A stretch of 63,722 nucleotides of DNA, the filler included. It is 9 parts of 9 records of this genome, joined end to end, with 100 filler letters (N's around TTAATTAATTAA, not from the genome) between each part and the next. Parts side by side here need not be neighbours in the genome. Positions count along the whole stretch, not along the records: positions 1 to 14,638 come from SRR20825010_229; 8 more parts are not named here. One strand, 5' to 3'. The position numbers and the translations under genes were made by a program. Shown here piece by piece: positions 1-10,295 of the stretch; the first letter of the stretch is position 1; each line of letters begins with the position of its first letter. The notes under the pieces were generated by a model. The model was given only the letters and a program-made list of their open reading frames with translations. It was not told where the DNA came from and made no database searches.

Positions 1-39
1 GATGTGTGGCACGAAAACGCTGGAAGCCTATGCCACAGG

Positions 40-1023
40 CTAGGACTTGATGCCGATGTTGAGGTAGGCGTGGACGTGGGGGGCGCCGCGGAAGTGCCAG
101 ACCATTGATGGACCTTCGACTCGCCAGATGTCCCAGACGCGATCGTTGTCGACGTCTTCTTGTTGATAGAAAGCCATGTGCAGTTGGTCGATGCCTCCGC
201 TGCTGTTTAGGATCTCCAGCACTTCCTTCGAATCGTTTTCGCGATACGGGGCGAGCAACATCTTCAGAGTCGACTCGACCAGTTCCTTTTGATCGCTGGA
301 AAGTTGATCGACGCCAATGCCGGGGAAGTGACCGCTCTCGCCTTTCAATTGCACCGCGGTTTCACTGGGGGCCTTCTTTTGCAACGCCAGCTTGGCTTGG
401 TCGGCGTCCAAGGCTTGGAAAACCTTGTTGGCTTGCAACGTCTGCTGAAAGAAGGGGCTGTCGGGGAGATATTCCTCGCCGTGACCGTAAACGACGGGTC
501 CGCCAAATGCGATTTTGTCGAGTCGATTTCCGTCGGCTCGCATCGTCACGTGTCGACCAGTCAATTCGAATTGGAACTGGTCGGTTCCCGGTTCGCCGAA
601 CAACGCGAAACTGTAGCTTTCCAAACCGCCGTCATCGTATTCCATTTGTTCGATCAAACGATCGTAACCATCTTTGGATGTGATGTTGCGAACGATTTGA
701 TCGACCAACGTCTTTTGTTTCTGTGAAAACAAATCGTCGCCGATGGTCGTTTTGCTGACGTGCCAGTTCGGATTGATTTTCAAGCGGTCCGCATGATCGA
801 ACGGTCGCCAAACAGCGGTTTTCTGCTTGTCGGATAAGGAAGCGTACAATTCCCCCACGTAGGTTTCTGCCGACGCGGTGGGCGAACCCGCGGCATGAGC
901 AAAGCGGGCGTCGAAGAGGTTGGTCGTCGCGACACCGGCGGCGATGGCTCCTCCCAGTTTGACGAAGTCTCGTCGGGCAACGCGTTGGCCATCAGGACGT
1001 TGGGCGTTCATCGGAAAGCTCAT
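40..1023 (-). CDS. Tat-exported DUF3500-like protein
   Basis: Twin-arginine signal RRDFVK...AHA; motifs GRHVTMR and WRVEGPSMVWHFRGAPHVH resemble DUF3500 proteins. Confidence 0.7.
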   Translation of the reverse strand: MSFPMNAQRPDGQRVARRDFVKLGGAIAAGVATTNLFDARFAHAAGSPTASAETYVGELYASLSDKQKTAVWRPFDHADRLKINPNWHVSKTTIGDDLFSQKQKTLVDQIVRNITSKDGYDRLIEQMEYDDGGLESYSFALFGEPGTDQFQFELTGRHVTMRADGNRLDKIAFGGPVVYGHGEEYLPDSPFFQQTLQANKVFQALDADQAKLALQKKAPSETAVQLKGESGHFPGIGVDQLSSDQKELVESTLKMLLAPYRENDSKEVLEILNSSGGIDQLHMAFYQQEDVDNDRVWDIWRVEGPSMVWHFRGAPHVHAYLNIGIKS

Positions 1024-1156
1024 GAGGGTTGGGGGGAAGGCAGGCGGGGACCGTCTGTGTCAAACGGCCGCTTTCGATTCTACCAAATTCAACCCCGACA
1101 AACACAAATTGGATCGTTCCGGACGCACCCTTGTCGAACTCCGAAAGTTGCCGAAC

Positions 1157-4045
1157 TCAGTTTGTCGTTGATTGTGGCCAATCTTCGATTTCGTCGATGG
1201 CCTTCATGACTTGAGGAAGGATGGTTCCGGTCACTCGCGACAGACGAGCGGTGACACGGGTGTTGAACAGCAACGCAACGTTCTTTCCATCCGAACGACG
1301 AACGAGAATCGTGTTGGTCCCGGGGAGTGAACCGCCATGGGAAGCAGTCAATTCGCCAGATTCGTCGGTGACGACTGACCATCCCTGTCCGTAATACTTG
1401 GACTTGGGGTCTCCGTTCTTTTTGTGTCCCGCCAACCCGTCCGGCCGAGCGAACATGTCGGTGATTCTGGCCGACGACAGCAGCGGGCTGTTCTCGGGAT
1501 CATCAAAGGCGCTGGCGAAGCGAGCCAGATCACTGGCCGATGCAATCCACGCTCCGTGTGAATCCATCGCTTCCAGGTGCCAAGCCCCATACGTCTGCGG
1601 CACACGCGAATTCAAGTCGTTGGCGAAGACGGAGTCACCTTGGTGCGGATCGTAGTAACGGACCTCGTTTGGTTTGCGACCATCCAAGCGAGTCGCACCG
1701 ATAGACATCGATGTCACGCCGATCGGTTGCAGAACGTGTTGTTGGACAAAGTCTTCGTAGGCTTCGCCGCTGATCTTCTCGATGACTCGGCCGAGCAAAC
1801 AGTAGCCGTAATTGGAATACGCGTATCTCTCGCCGGGATCAAAGTCGAGCGGTTTGCCTCGCATGACACGGATGATGGTGTCGGGCGTTGCCGGGTGGGA
1901 TGCACCGAGAGCGTTTGCAAATTGGGTGGAGCGGAACATGGCGTCGAACGATTGGTCTCGGTCCCAACCACCCCGGTGCTGCAACAGATGTTCAATTGTG
2001 ATTTGGTCCTGTCGCTCATCGATCTTGGAGCCCTCTTCGACATGAGGCTCATGGTCGAGGATTTCGAAGACTTTGTCGTCGAGTGACAACTTGCCTTGAT
2101 CAACCAACTGCAAGATCGCGACGGCGGTGATCGGTTTGGAAATGCTGGCAATCCGAAACAGACTTTCAGGCGTCACCGGCTCACGCTGTCCCACATCGGC
2201 ATAGCCAAACCCACGTGCGTACACGACGTTGCTTTTGTCGGTGATCGCCAATGAAGCACCTGGGATACGATGCTCGCGGAGGAAAGACTGCATCACCGCA
2301 TCGACTTCGCGAAACGCCGGTTGGTCTTCTCCGGTGATGATTGCATGCGGCGCGGTGGCGGGATCGAAACCGGGGCCGCGGAGGACTTTGCCGGGACGTT
2401 TCCCCGTGAATTTTCCATCCTCGAGCACGGGGATTCCGTTGACGACCACATGTTTCATTCCAACCGACTCAGCGTGCGGGTTTTCGAAGTCGGCTCGATC
2501 GGCGAGTTCGTTGAAATCGAAAACGATCACATCGGCGGCCAGTCCTTCGGCAATTCGGCCGCGGTCATAAACCATCACGGCGTTGGCCGCGGCGGCGCTG
2601 GCTTGCGAGATGGCTTGTTCCATCGAGATCGCGCCAAGGTCGCGAACATATCGCGACAACATCCGTGGGAACGCTCCGTAAGAACGTGGGTGTGATGCAC
2701 CTCGATTGCCACCGGCGGGACCGACATCTGTGCAGAACGAAACGAACTCTTGTTGCATCGCCAAAATTTTGTTCGCGTCGCTCATCGTTTCGGGCAGTGC
2801 AAACGTGGACGCATTGCAAAGTCCAAAGAATGTGTCCCAAGCATCTTCTCCCGTTGCTTTGGCGATCGCGGCAACCGACTGACCGGTGTACTCGCGGTAA
2901 CGAGGTTCTGTGGTTTGGCCGATGATGATGCGGTTCCAATCCGATCCCGCGTGGCGAAACCAATTTTCCCAACCGCCGGTGGATTCGATTTCCTCGCGAA
3001 CTTCGGCGCGAAGCTCTTCGTCGTTGGCCAAACGATTGAGGAACTTCGCTCGTCCCTCACCAAAGTGTCTCGGATGGATCAATGCATCGATTCCTAAACC
3101 GTTGTTGATGTAAGGGTAGATGTCCGCGGTGACTTGATGACCTTCGCTGCGAGCGGCCTTGATTCGGGCGATCGCCAATTGCATCTTGCCCCAGTTCTGA
3201 CGTCCGGCGGCCTTCAAGTGAAAGATGTGAACGGGGGTGTTGCCGATGCGACCGATTTCCAAGGCTTCGTCGATTGCTTCAAGAAGCTGATCACCTTCGT
3301 TACGCATGTGTGTGTAGTAACGTCCGCCGTGTTCGCCGGCGACTCCGGCCAAGGCACCGATTTCGTCGGTCGATGCGTAAACGGCCGGCGGATAGATCAG
3401 CGCGGTGGAGACTCCAATCGCACCAGAACGCATGGCTTCGCGAACGTGTTCCTTCATTGCCTCCAGTTCATCGTCGCTGGGACGCCGGTCGTCTTCGCCC
3501 ATTACCAACCGGCGGACTTGGGTGTGCCCAATGGTCTGCACGGTGTTGACGGGCATGCCTTTCAGGTCCAGCAACTGAAAGTACTCCGCCATGTTTTGCC
3601 AGCCGACCGATTTCGCGTCACGATCTGAAACCGGCGCGGCGGACGATCCTTCGCCCGCGTTGATGGTCGTGATGCCTTGGGTCAGCAGGTTCATTGCCGT
3701 GGAAGGATTCCGCAGCATCGGCGTGGCGGTTTGGCCCATCATGTCGATGAAGCCCGGAGCGACGATCAACCCTTCGGCATCGATCGTGTCGACCGCGGAC
3801 GCCGGATCGATGCGGCCGATGTGGGTGATCTTGCCATCGGTGATTCCGACATCGGCTTCGTACCAAGGGGCTCCCGTGCCATCGACGACGTGCCCGTTCA
3901 GAATCGCGAGATCAAACGTGGGCTTGTTTGATTTGGTCTCGGCGTCAGTGTCGGTTGCAAAGGTTGCCGATGATGTCAGCCAAACAACCAAGAAACAAAC
4001 GACCACAGATCGGCGCGGCGCAACGTCAGAGGGCTTCTTCCACAC
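1157..4045 (-). CDS. Secreted fusion: N-acyl-D-amino-acid deacylase-like amidohydrolase + beta-lactamase-family serine hydrolase
   Basis: Signal-like N-terminus; VVDGTG, APGFID, THMRNE, HIFHLK, HPRSYG, DRGRIAEGLAADVIVFD; C-terminal IASISK (SxxK), YSN, HGG. Confidence 0.85.
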   Translation of the reverse strand: MWKKPSDVAPRRSVVVCFLVVWLTSSATFATDTDAETKSNKPTFDLAILNGHVVDGTGAPWYEADVGITDGKITHIGRIDPASAVDTIDAEGLIVAPGFIDMMGQTATPMLRNPSTAMNLLTQGITTINAGEGSSAAPVSDRDAKSVGWQNMAEYFQLLDLKGMPVNTVQTIGHTQVRRLVMGEDDRRPSDDELEAMKEHVREAMRSGAIGVSTALIYPPAVYASTDEIGALAGVAGEHGGRYYTHMRNEGDQLLEAIDEALEIGRIGNTPVHIFHLKAAGRQNWGKMQLAIARIKAARSEGHQVTADIYPYINNGLGIDALIHPRHFGEGRAKFLNRLANDEELRAEVREEIESTGGWENWFRHAGSDWNRIIIGQTTEPRYREYTGQSVAAIAKATGEDAWDTFFGLCNASTFALPETMSDANKILAMQQEFVSFCTDVGPAGGNRGASHPRSYGAFPRMLSRYVRDLGAISMEQAISQASAAAANAVMVYDRGRIAEGLAADVIVFDFNELADRADFENPHAESVGMKHVVVNGIPVLEDGKFTGKRPGKVLRGPGFDPATAPHAIITGEDQPAFREVDAVMQSFLREHRIPGASLAITDKSNVVYARGFGYADVGQREPVTPESLFRIASISKPITAVAILQLVDQGKLSLDDKVFEILDHEPHVEEGSKIDERQDQITIEHLLQHRGGWDRDQSFDAMFRSTQFANALGASHPATPDTIIRVMRGKPLDFDPGERYAYSNYGYCLLGRVIEKISGEAYEDFVQQHVLQPIGVTSMSIGATRLDGRKPNEVRYYDPHQGDSVFANDLNSRVPQTYGAWHLEAMDSHGAWIASASDLARFASAFDDPENSPLLSSARITDMFARPDGLAGHKKNGDPKSKYYGQGWSVVTDESGELTASHGGSLPGTNTILVRRSDGKNVALLFNTRVTARLSRVTGTILPQVMKAIDEIEDWPQSTTN

Positions 4046-4674
4046 AGGATTGACTCAGCAGGCGGGGAGGGGCAGGCGGGACATCGATCCGAACCGACGA
4101 CGCGGAACGAATCAAATTGCAGCCACCAGCTTAACTGATCCGAGAGGGTGACTCGGCATTCCGCAATCGTTGCCGGATGGGGGTGGGTCAGGGAATCAAT
4201 TCTGCACCGGTTGACAATTCAGTGCCGAGTCACAGGGTCCTTTCCGCGACGGTGGGTTTGTTTGTCTCGAATGGGTGGAGTCAAAGCGAGTGCAGTGTTT
4301 CTTTTTCTTGCCTAAATTCTCACCGTAGCCAAGATTGACACCGGGATTTGCTAGTAAATGCGCAGCACACACGTCCCAGAACGCAAATCATTTTCGCGGC
4401 ACCCGTGGAAGGGGGGTTCGATCTCTCTTGGCAACCTGTAACGATAGGGCATCTTGAGAAGTTTTGGAGTCCCGCCATCCATGACGATTGTGCGGTAAGC
4501 AAGGATGCCCCCCTGACGAATTTTGACCTGTCGTCAAAGAAACGCCATCATGCTTTCCATCCACCTAGCAGAGTTATATGCTAGGACGAAAGACGACCCA
4601 AACTCACTATCCTGCCCCGGCGAGCCAAACAGTTTTCGAGTTGCCCACCTGATCGGCCATCCGCCCGAGACCGT

Positions 4675-7020
4675 ATGTTACGCAAATCAGAGATCACTGA
4701 TTCCACGACCCGCGAGCCCAATGAGACGCGATGGAAATCGCTCGCTCATTTGCTCGTTGATCGTGCCGCGCGGCATCCCGATCGTCCGGCGCTGACGTTT
4801 TTGCCCGACGATTCGTTGGACGGGGCGGAGGAACCGCAGACGCTGACATACGCCGAATTGCATCGTCGTGTCTGTGCGGTCGCGAATCGTCTGTTGCGTG
4901 ATACGGGGGCGACGGCTGGCGATCGAGCGATGTTGCTGTTCCCGCCTGGTTTGGAATTCATGGTCGGGTTCATGGCCTGCGAGATGGCTCGGTTGATTCC
5001 GGTTCCGACCAGCTATCCAAAACCCGGACGTGCGATGCCACGTTTGGATACCTCCGTCGCGGATTGTCGTCCTTCCGTCTTGATCAGCGATCAAGAAACC
5101 ATCGCGGGCATCGATCCGCATCGTGTGTCGCCCGAGACCGCGGCGCTGCCCAAGATCGCGACAGATGCTTCGGTCGAAGAAGATCTGACAACGATCGACA
5201 TCTCGGAAGATGCACTGCCGCTGGGCGAAATTGAATCCACCGACCTGGCGTTGCTGCAATACACCAGTGGATCCACAAGCGATCCAAAGGGAGTGATGGT
5301 TTCGCACGCCAATTTGCTAAGCAACCTGGAATCCATCCGTCATGCATTCGGAATTGAATGGTCCGATGACGATGGGGACAACTTTGAACGTGGTTTGTTC
5401 TGGTTGCCACCCTTTCACGACATGGGATTGATTGGCGGAATCCTTGAACCGTTGTATGTCGGTGGTCACGCGATTTTGATGTCGCCGCGGTCTTTTCTCG
5501 CTCGGCCAATGCGTTGGCTTCGAGCGATCTCGGATTACAAAGCCACCATCAGCGGCGCCCCCAATTTTGCGTATCAACTGTGTGTTGATCGAGTCGACTT
5601 GGCTCAAGCCGAGTCGCTTGATTTGAGCGGTTGGGAGCTGGCGTTTTGTGGTGCCGAACCAATCAACGCGGACACGTTGCAGCAGTTCACCGATCGATTC
5701 TCCGACGCTGGTTTTCGCGGCGAAACGTTTTGCCCGTGTTACGGATTGGCCGAAGCGACATTGATGGCGGCGAGCTGCCGGTCTGGGCAAGCACCCAGTT
5801 TGCTGGACGTTGACAAAGATGAATTGGCTCATGGTCGTGGACGCGTTATCCGCCAGACCATGCTTGGCAAAACTTTGCCGGACGATGCATCGATCGCGAA
5901 ACCCGATCCCGCGACCTCACGTCAATTGGTGAGCTCGGGAAGTCCCGCTCACTCAATGACCGTGTTGGTCGTCGATCCAGAAACAAAACGCGAACGTCCC
6001 GACGGCGAGATTGGCGAAATCTGGTTGGCTGGGCCATCGGTGACCTCAGGTTATTGGAAACGCGAAACCGTCAACGCGGAAGTCTTCGGTGCGACTCTCG
6101 CAGACGGAGATCCGGCGGAGAAATTTCTGCGAACCGGCGATTTGGGATTCATCCACGACGGCGAAGTCTACGTGACCGGACGTAGCAAAGACGTGGTGAT
6201 TCTGCGTGGTCGAAACCTGTTCCCGCAAGACATCGAGGCCACGGTCAAAGGTTTGCTGCAAGCGAACGTATTGCAGTGTGCTGCTGTCGCAACGACCGGA
6301 CGGACCGGGGATGCTTTGACGGTCGCCGCCGAAGTTTCGCGACATGTCGATTCAGAAGAGTTGCCTGACATCGTGCGTCACATTCGACGGGCGATCATTG
6401 ATGATCATGAAGTCGACGCTCGCCAAGTGTTGATCACGCGGCCGGGCGGGATCCCACTGACGACCAGCGGCAAAGTCCAGCGACAACAATGTCGTGCGAT
6501 GATCGAAGCCGGCGAATTGTCGGCACGTTACCAGTGGTCACGCAATCGATTCATCGACGATTCGGAATCTGTCGCCCTGCCCGAATTGCCGACTCGCGTG
6601 ACTCGGGAAGAGATTCCAGAGGCAACCGAACAAATCACCGCTTGGTTGCTGGCTTGGTTGTCGGGGCACAGTGGCGAACAAATTCATGAGGACGGTGAAC
6701 GACCGGTCCGCAACGCTTCGCTGACACCGGAAACTCCGTTCGCAGAAACCGGCATGGATTCGTTGACGGCGGTGGAGCTGAGTAGCGAACTGGAGGACTG
6801 GTTGGGCATCGAGCTGACACCTGTGTTGGCGTTCAACTATCCGACTTCAGCACGTTTGGCGGCGTATTTGGCGGAGACGTTGGCCGGTGGTCCCGAACAA
6901 GATTCCGCTGCGAATGAGTTTGGTGCTTCGGAAGGCGACATTCAGTCGGATATCGAAGCGTCGGATTTGTCGCCCGAAGAGTTGGAAGCTTTGTTGAGCG
7001 AAATCGAAAACGAATCGTAG
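4675..7020 (+). CDS. Fatty acyl-AMP ligase fused to C-terminal acyl carrier protein
   Basis: QYTSGSTSDPKG, WLPPFHDMGLIG, YGLAEATL, FAAL-type insertion, RTGDLG, TTSGK; ACP motif GMDSL. Confidence 0.9.
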   Translation: MLRKSEITDSTTREPNETRWKSLAHLLVDRAARHPDRPALTFLPDDSLDGAEEPQTLTYAELHRRVCAVANRLLRDTGATAGDRAMLLFPPGLEFMVGFMACEMARLIPVPTSYPKPGRAMPRLDTSVADCRPSVLISDQETIAGIDPHRVSPETAALPKIATDASVEEDLTTIDISEDALPLGEIESTDLALLQYTSGSTSDPKGVMVSHANLLSNLESIRHAFGIEWSDDDGDNFERGLFWLPPFHDMGLIGGILEPLYVGGHAILMSPRSFLARPMRWLRAISDYKATISGAPNFAYQLCVDRVDLAQAESLDLSGWELAFCGAEPINADTLQQFTDRFSDAGFRGETFCPCYGLAEATLMAASCRSGQAPSLLDVDKDELAHGRGRVIRQTMLGKTLPDDASIAKPDPATSRQLVSSGSPAHSMTVLVVDPETKRERPDGEIGEIWLAGPSVTSGYWKRETVNAEVFGATLADGDPAEKFLRTGDLGFIHDGEVYVTGRSKDVVILRGRNLFPQDIEATVKGLLQANVLQCAAVATTGRTGDALTVAAEVSRHVDSEELPDIVRHIRRAIIDDHEVDARQVLITRPGGIPLTTSGKVQRQQCRAMIEAGELSARYQWSRNRFIDDSESVALPELPTRVTREEIPEATEQITAWLLAWLSGHSGEQIHEDGERPVRNASLTPETPFAETGMDSLTAVELSSELEDWLGIELTPVLAFNYPTSARLAAYLAETLAGGPEQDSAANEFGASEGDIQSDIEASDLSPEELEALLSEIENES

Positions 7021-7155
7021 TCGATGGAAGTTTTCAACCGAGTCGAACATTTGTCCCCAAATGTTTGCGTGCGTGGTGCACGTTGAGCGGTTGGTGTTGA
7101 GTGTTCGGCGAGGGTAGTGTGACCTCGCGTTTCACCTTGCCAGGTGGAACCTGGC

Positions 7156-8568
7156 CTACGGGATGGGTTGTGGTTTTGGACAACATCGACTGACAATCGT
7201 GACTGCAATCCAGACAGGCAGCCAAACCGCAGCGGCGTCTGAAAAGCGTCCGATCGGCGGGCTTGTCAGTGACACAAACGCAATTTTGAACAGCCAGTAG
7301 CTGAATGCCAACCAAGTCAGCGCGGCCAGTCCAGCTTGGTTGGATGTGTACTTGCGAACTGGATCGGTCGTCTGCTTTTCATTGAAACGGACCGACGCGA
7401 CACAGGCGGCGACAGCCAGTCCCATGGCCGCGACAAAAAAGATCGGATGCATCAGCATGTCCGCGACGGATCCCCAGACTCCCCGTCGGATCGCCAACGC
7501 AATCCAGCGCATATACCGAACCGGATAGCTGCGAACGATCGTGCGGTCGAGTTCCGCAAGCATCTGGTGCTGGTGGACTCGTTGCATTCCAGGTGCTAGG
7601 TCGTCAACTTCCAACGTTCGATTCGCGACGTTTTCGGCGGCGGGGATCACCACCATGTAGGTCATCGCGTCCCATCGATTTTCGATCGTCGTGTACGAGT
7701 TCGCTCGTGGTACCGCGTCCGCAATCGGGCGAAGGTTCAAACCGTCGGCGGCAGCACGGTCACCGGCTGCCATTTCAATGCGACGGTCGGCAATCTCTTT
7801 TCCAAGCTCACCCAGGCGGCCAGTTAGGTTCTCGAGTTCTTCGGCGTCGAGCAATTGGGTTGTCACAGCGGCCATGTTTTGGTGGCCAAAGGGAAGAATG
7901 CCAAAGTCGTCCACCGTGATGGATCGAAAGGTGCACCATCCAAACAGAGCGAGGATGGGGATGGATCCGATTGAGAGTGCTTGGATCCAGCGATTTGAGA
8001 AGGTGATGTTCGGACGGATGAAAACGCTGAGCATCAACCAGGGGATCAGGAACAGATACGCCGGGCGGAGGGCGATGACCAAGGTGGTCAGGACACCTAT
8101 TGCGATGCAAAGTCTTGGTGTCCATTCAGTTCGCCAAATTCGCAGGACGCCGATTCCGATCATGGCGGCCAGCGACATCGCGGGCGCATCGGTTGCGATT
8201 GTGTTGACGTGATCCCAAAACGTGCAACCAATCGCGAAAGCGATCGACGCGATGACGATTGTTTTGGTTGAGAACTTCCAGGCGGCGAGCTCGATCGCTA
8301 AAAAGCCAACCGCGATGGCTTGCAATGCAATGTGAAGAATCACCAATGCTTGGTTTGCATTGGAACTCGCCAGACCATTCGCGAATCGAACCAAGATCGG
8401 GTAACCCGGCGTTCGAATCTGAGTCGCGATCGCTTCGGCGGACTCAAATGAGTATTCGGTGTAGCTGGGTGAATCGGGCACCAAATGAGGTGCGAACCGA
8501 TTCGTCGCCCAACATGTCCCCATCAGGATGATGAACGCAACGAGCGATATCAAAGCGAAGTGTTTCAT
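7156..8568 (-). CDS. Multi-pass membrane protein, possibly GT-C/ArnT-like glycosyltransferase
   Basis: Many hydrophobic segments; PDSPSY after first TM, RTPGYP, large periplasmic loop; function is inference. Confidence 0.5.
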   Translation of the reverse strand: MKHFALISLVAFIILMGTCWATNRFAPHLVPDSPSYTEYSFESAEAIATQIRTPGYPILVRFANGLASSNANQALVILHIALQAIAVGFLAIELAAWKFSTKTIVIASIAFAIGCTFWDHVNTIATDAPAMSLAAMIGIGVLRIWRTEWTPRLCIAIGVLTTLVIALRPAYLFLIPWLMLSVFIRPNITFSNRWIQALSIGSIPILALFGWCTFRSITVDDFGILPFGHQNMAAVTTQLLDAEELENLTGRLGELGKEIADRRIEMAAGDRAAADGLNLRPIADAVPRANSYTTIENRWDAMTYMVVIPAAENVANRTLEVDDLAPGMQRVHQHQMLAELDRTIVRSYPVRYMRWIALAIRRGVWGSVADMLMHPIFFVAAMGLAVAACVASVRFNEKQTTDPVRKYTSNQAGLAALTWLAFSYWLFKIAFVSLTSPPIGRFSDAAAVWLPVWIAVTIVSRCCPKPQPIP

Positions 8569-8696
8569 ACCGACCAGCTTAACCTGCCAGCGGATGAACG
8601 CGACAAGCCCTCATTGCCTCACTTCCGCCGAGCATGGTCTGATTCGTTTGAATGTGGACTTGCCTGCGAATTGGAGCTGCGACCTGTCCCATCCAT

Positions 8697-8723
8697 TCCA
8701 AATTTTTGGCGAATCCGGCTGCG
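8697..8723 (-). repeat. Short dispersed GTAG/REP-like repeat, copy 1
   Basis: Reverse complement CGCAGCCGGATTCGCCAAAAATTTGGA matches 14573-14599 at 23/27 positions. Confidence 0.6.
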
Positions 8724-8805
8724 TTTTGCCTGGCCAATGGAAGCGACGGTTCTGGTCTGACGCCGATTCCCACCGACACTCCCCTTCCTCTCCATCGTTT
8801 CCTTC

Positions 8806-10209
8806 ATGATCTCCGCGCTCAAGGAAGTTCTTCGCGTTGCGGTTCCGTTGATGGTCAGCACCGGCATGTTTTCGCTGGTTCTGTTCGTCGACCGAACGTT
8901 GCTGCTATGGCACGAGCCTTCTCAAATGGGCGCTGCGATGGCGGCTGGAAACTTGTTTTGGGTTTCCGTCTGCGTTTTCGTCGGCATCGCGTCGATGACC
9001 AGTGCGATTATCAGTCAATACATTGGAGCGGATCAGCCTAAACGAGTGGGCCAGCTGCTGTGGCAAGCGACTTGGTTTTCCGCGGCAACGTTGCCGTGGT
9101 TCGTTCTGGTGGGCAGCTTTGGTGAGTCGTTGTTTCGATTGACGGACCAGCCCGAGCATCTGATTCCGATGCAGGCCGCTTACTTTGGCATATTGATGTG
9201 GGGTGGTGCCGGCGAAGTTTTGCAGACGGCTCTATCGGGTTTCTACAGCGGAACTCACCGGACTCGAACGATCATGTTGGTGTCGCTCGCCTCTGGTGTG
9301 CTGAACTTATTGCTGGACCTCGTGTTGATTTTCGGTGTTGGCTCGGCGGACCCCGAGACCGGATTGCGATTCCTCGAACTCGGCATCGCTGGAGCGGCGA
9401 TCGCGAGCACGCTGTCGTTTTGGTTCAAAGCGGTCTGTTATGCCGTGTTGCTGATGAAGCCTATCGAACGGGAACGGTACGGGATCCTGCGTGGTATCCG
9501 GTTGAACCGTCGAATGATGAAACGCCTGATTTACTTCGGGTTGCCCGCTGGTTTGATGTATGTGACCGAAGCGGGCGGTTTCACCGTCATCGTTTTGCAA
9601 ATTGGTCGACTTGGCGACGTTCCACTGCAAGCCACTACGATGGCTATCAATTTCAACATGATCGCTTTCATTCCTTTGGTCGGCATGTCGATCGCCGCGT
9701 CGGTTCTGGTTGGTCAGCATTTGATTCGGACTGGCCCCGGTCCCGCGATTCGTTGCGTGATCGCGGCGTTGGTTGTCGGTTGGGCATATTCGTTGGCATG
9801 GGCGATCGCATACGTCTTTGCACCGGGCGGCTTGATCGCGCTGTATTCGCTGTCGCCAACGGGAGTGGACAGTGAGGTCGCTTTCGAAATTGCTGAAAAA
9901 CTGCTGGGCTTTGTCGCGATCTACGTGATTCTGGATGCCACTCAGTTGATTCTCGCGGGAGCCCTCCGCGGTGCAGGTGACACCTGGTTCGTGCTTTTGG
10001 CGGGACTGTTTGTGTCCGCCGTGGCCGTTGTCGTGGGGACGGTGTGGCAACCTGTCGCGGCTCGTTTTCAGGACCCGGATGGGCAAGCTGCGGCGTTAGT
10101 GGCGTTGGATTGGTGGTGGTGGGTGATTACGGGTTGGGTCTGCACCCTCGCAATCGTCATGGCCGGCCGTTTTTTGCAGGGCAAATGGCAGCGGATGCGG
10201 ATGGTTTGA
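8806..10209 (+). CDS. MATE-family efflux transporter
   Basis: About 12 TM segments; LAGALRGAGDT and VGQHL motifs, two-fold MATE repeat. Confidence 0.9.
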   Translation: MISALKEVLRVAVPLMVSTGMFSLVLFVDRTLLLWHEPSQMGAAMAAGNLFWVSVCVFVGIASMTSAIISQYIGADQPKRVGQLLWQATWFSAATLPWFVLVGSFGESLFRLTDQPEHLIPMQAAYFGILMWGGAGEVLQTALSGFYSGTHRTRTIMLVSLASGVLNLLLDLVLIFGVGSADPETGLRFLELGIAGAAIASTLSFWFKAVCYAVLLMKPIERERYGILRGIRLNRRMMKRLIYFGLPAGLMYVTEAGGFTVIVLQIGRLGDVPLQATTMAINFNMIAFIPLVGMSIAASVLVGQHLIRTGPGPAIRCVIAALVVGWAYSLAWAIAYVFAPGGLIALYSLSPTGVDSEVAFEIAEKLLGFVAIYVILDATQLILAGALRGAGDTWFVLLAGLFVSAVAVVVGTVWQPVAARFQDPDGQAAALVALDWWWWVITGWVCTLAIVMAGRFLQGKWQRMRMV

Positions 10210-10295
10210 TTCCACCACTACGGTTTTCCGAGACGCATTGCTAAACTGTTGGCCGCTCAGCACTTTTCGGCAATTCGACAACAGGAAACCATGCA

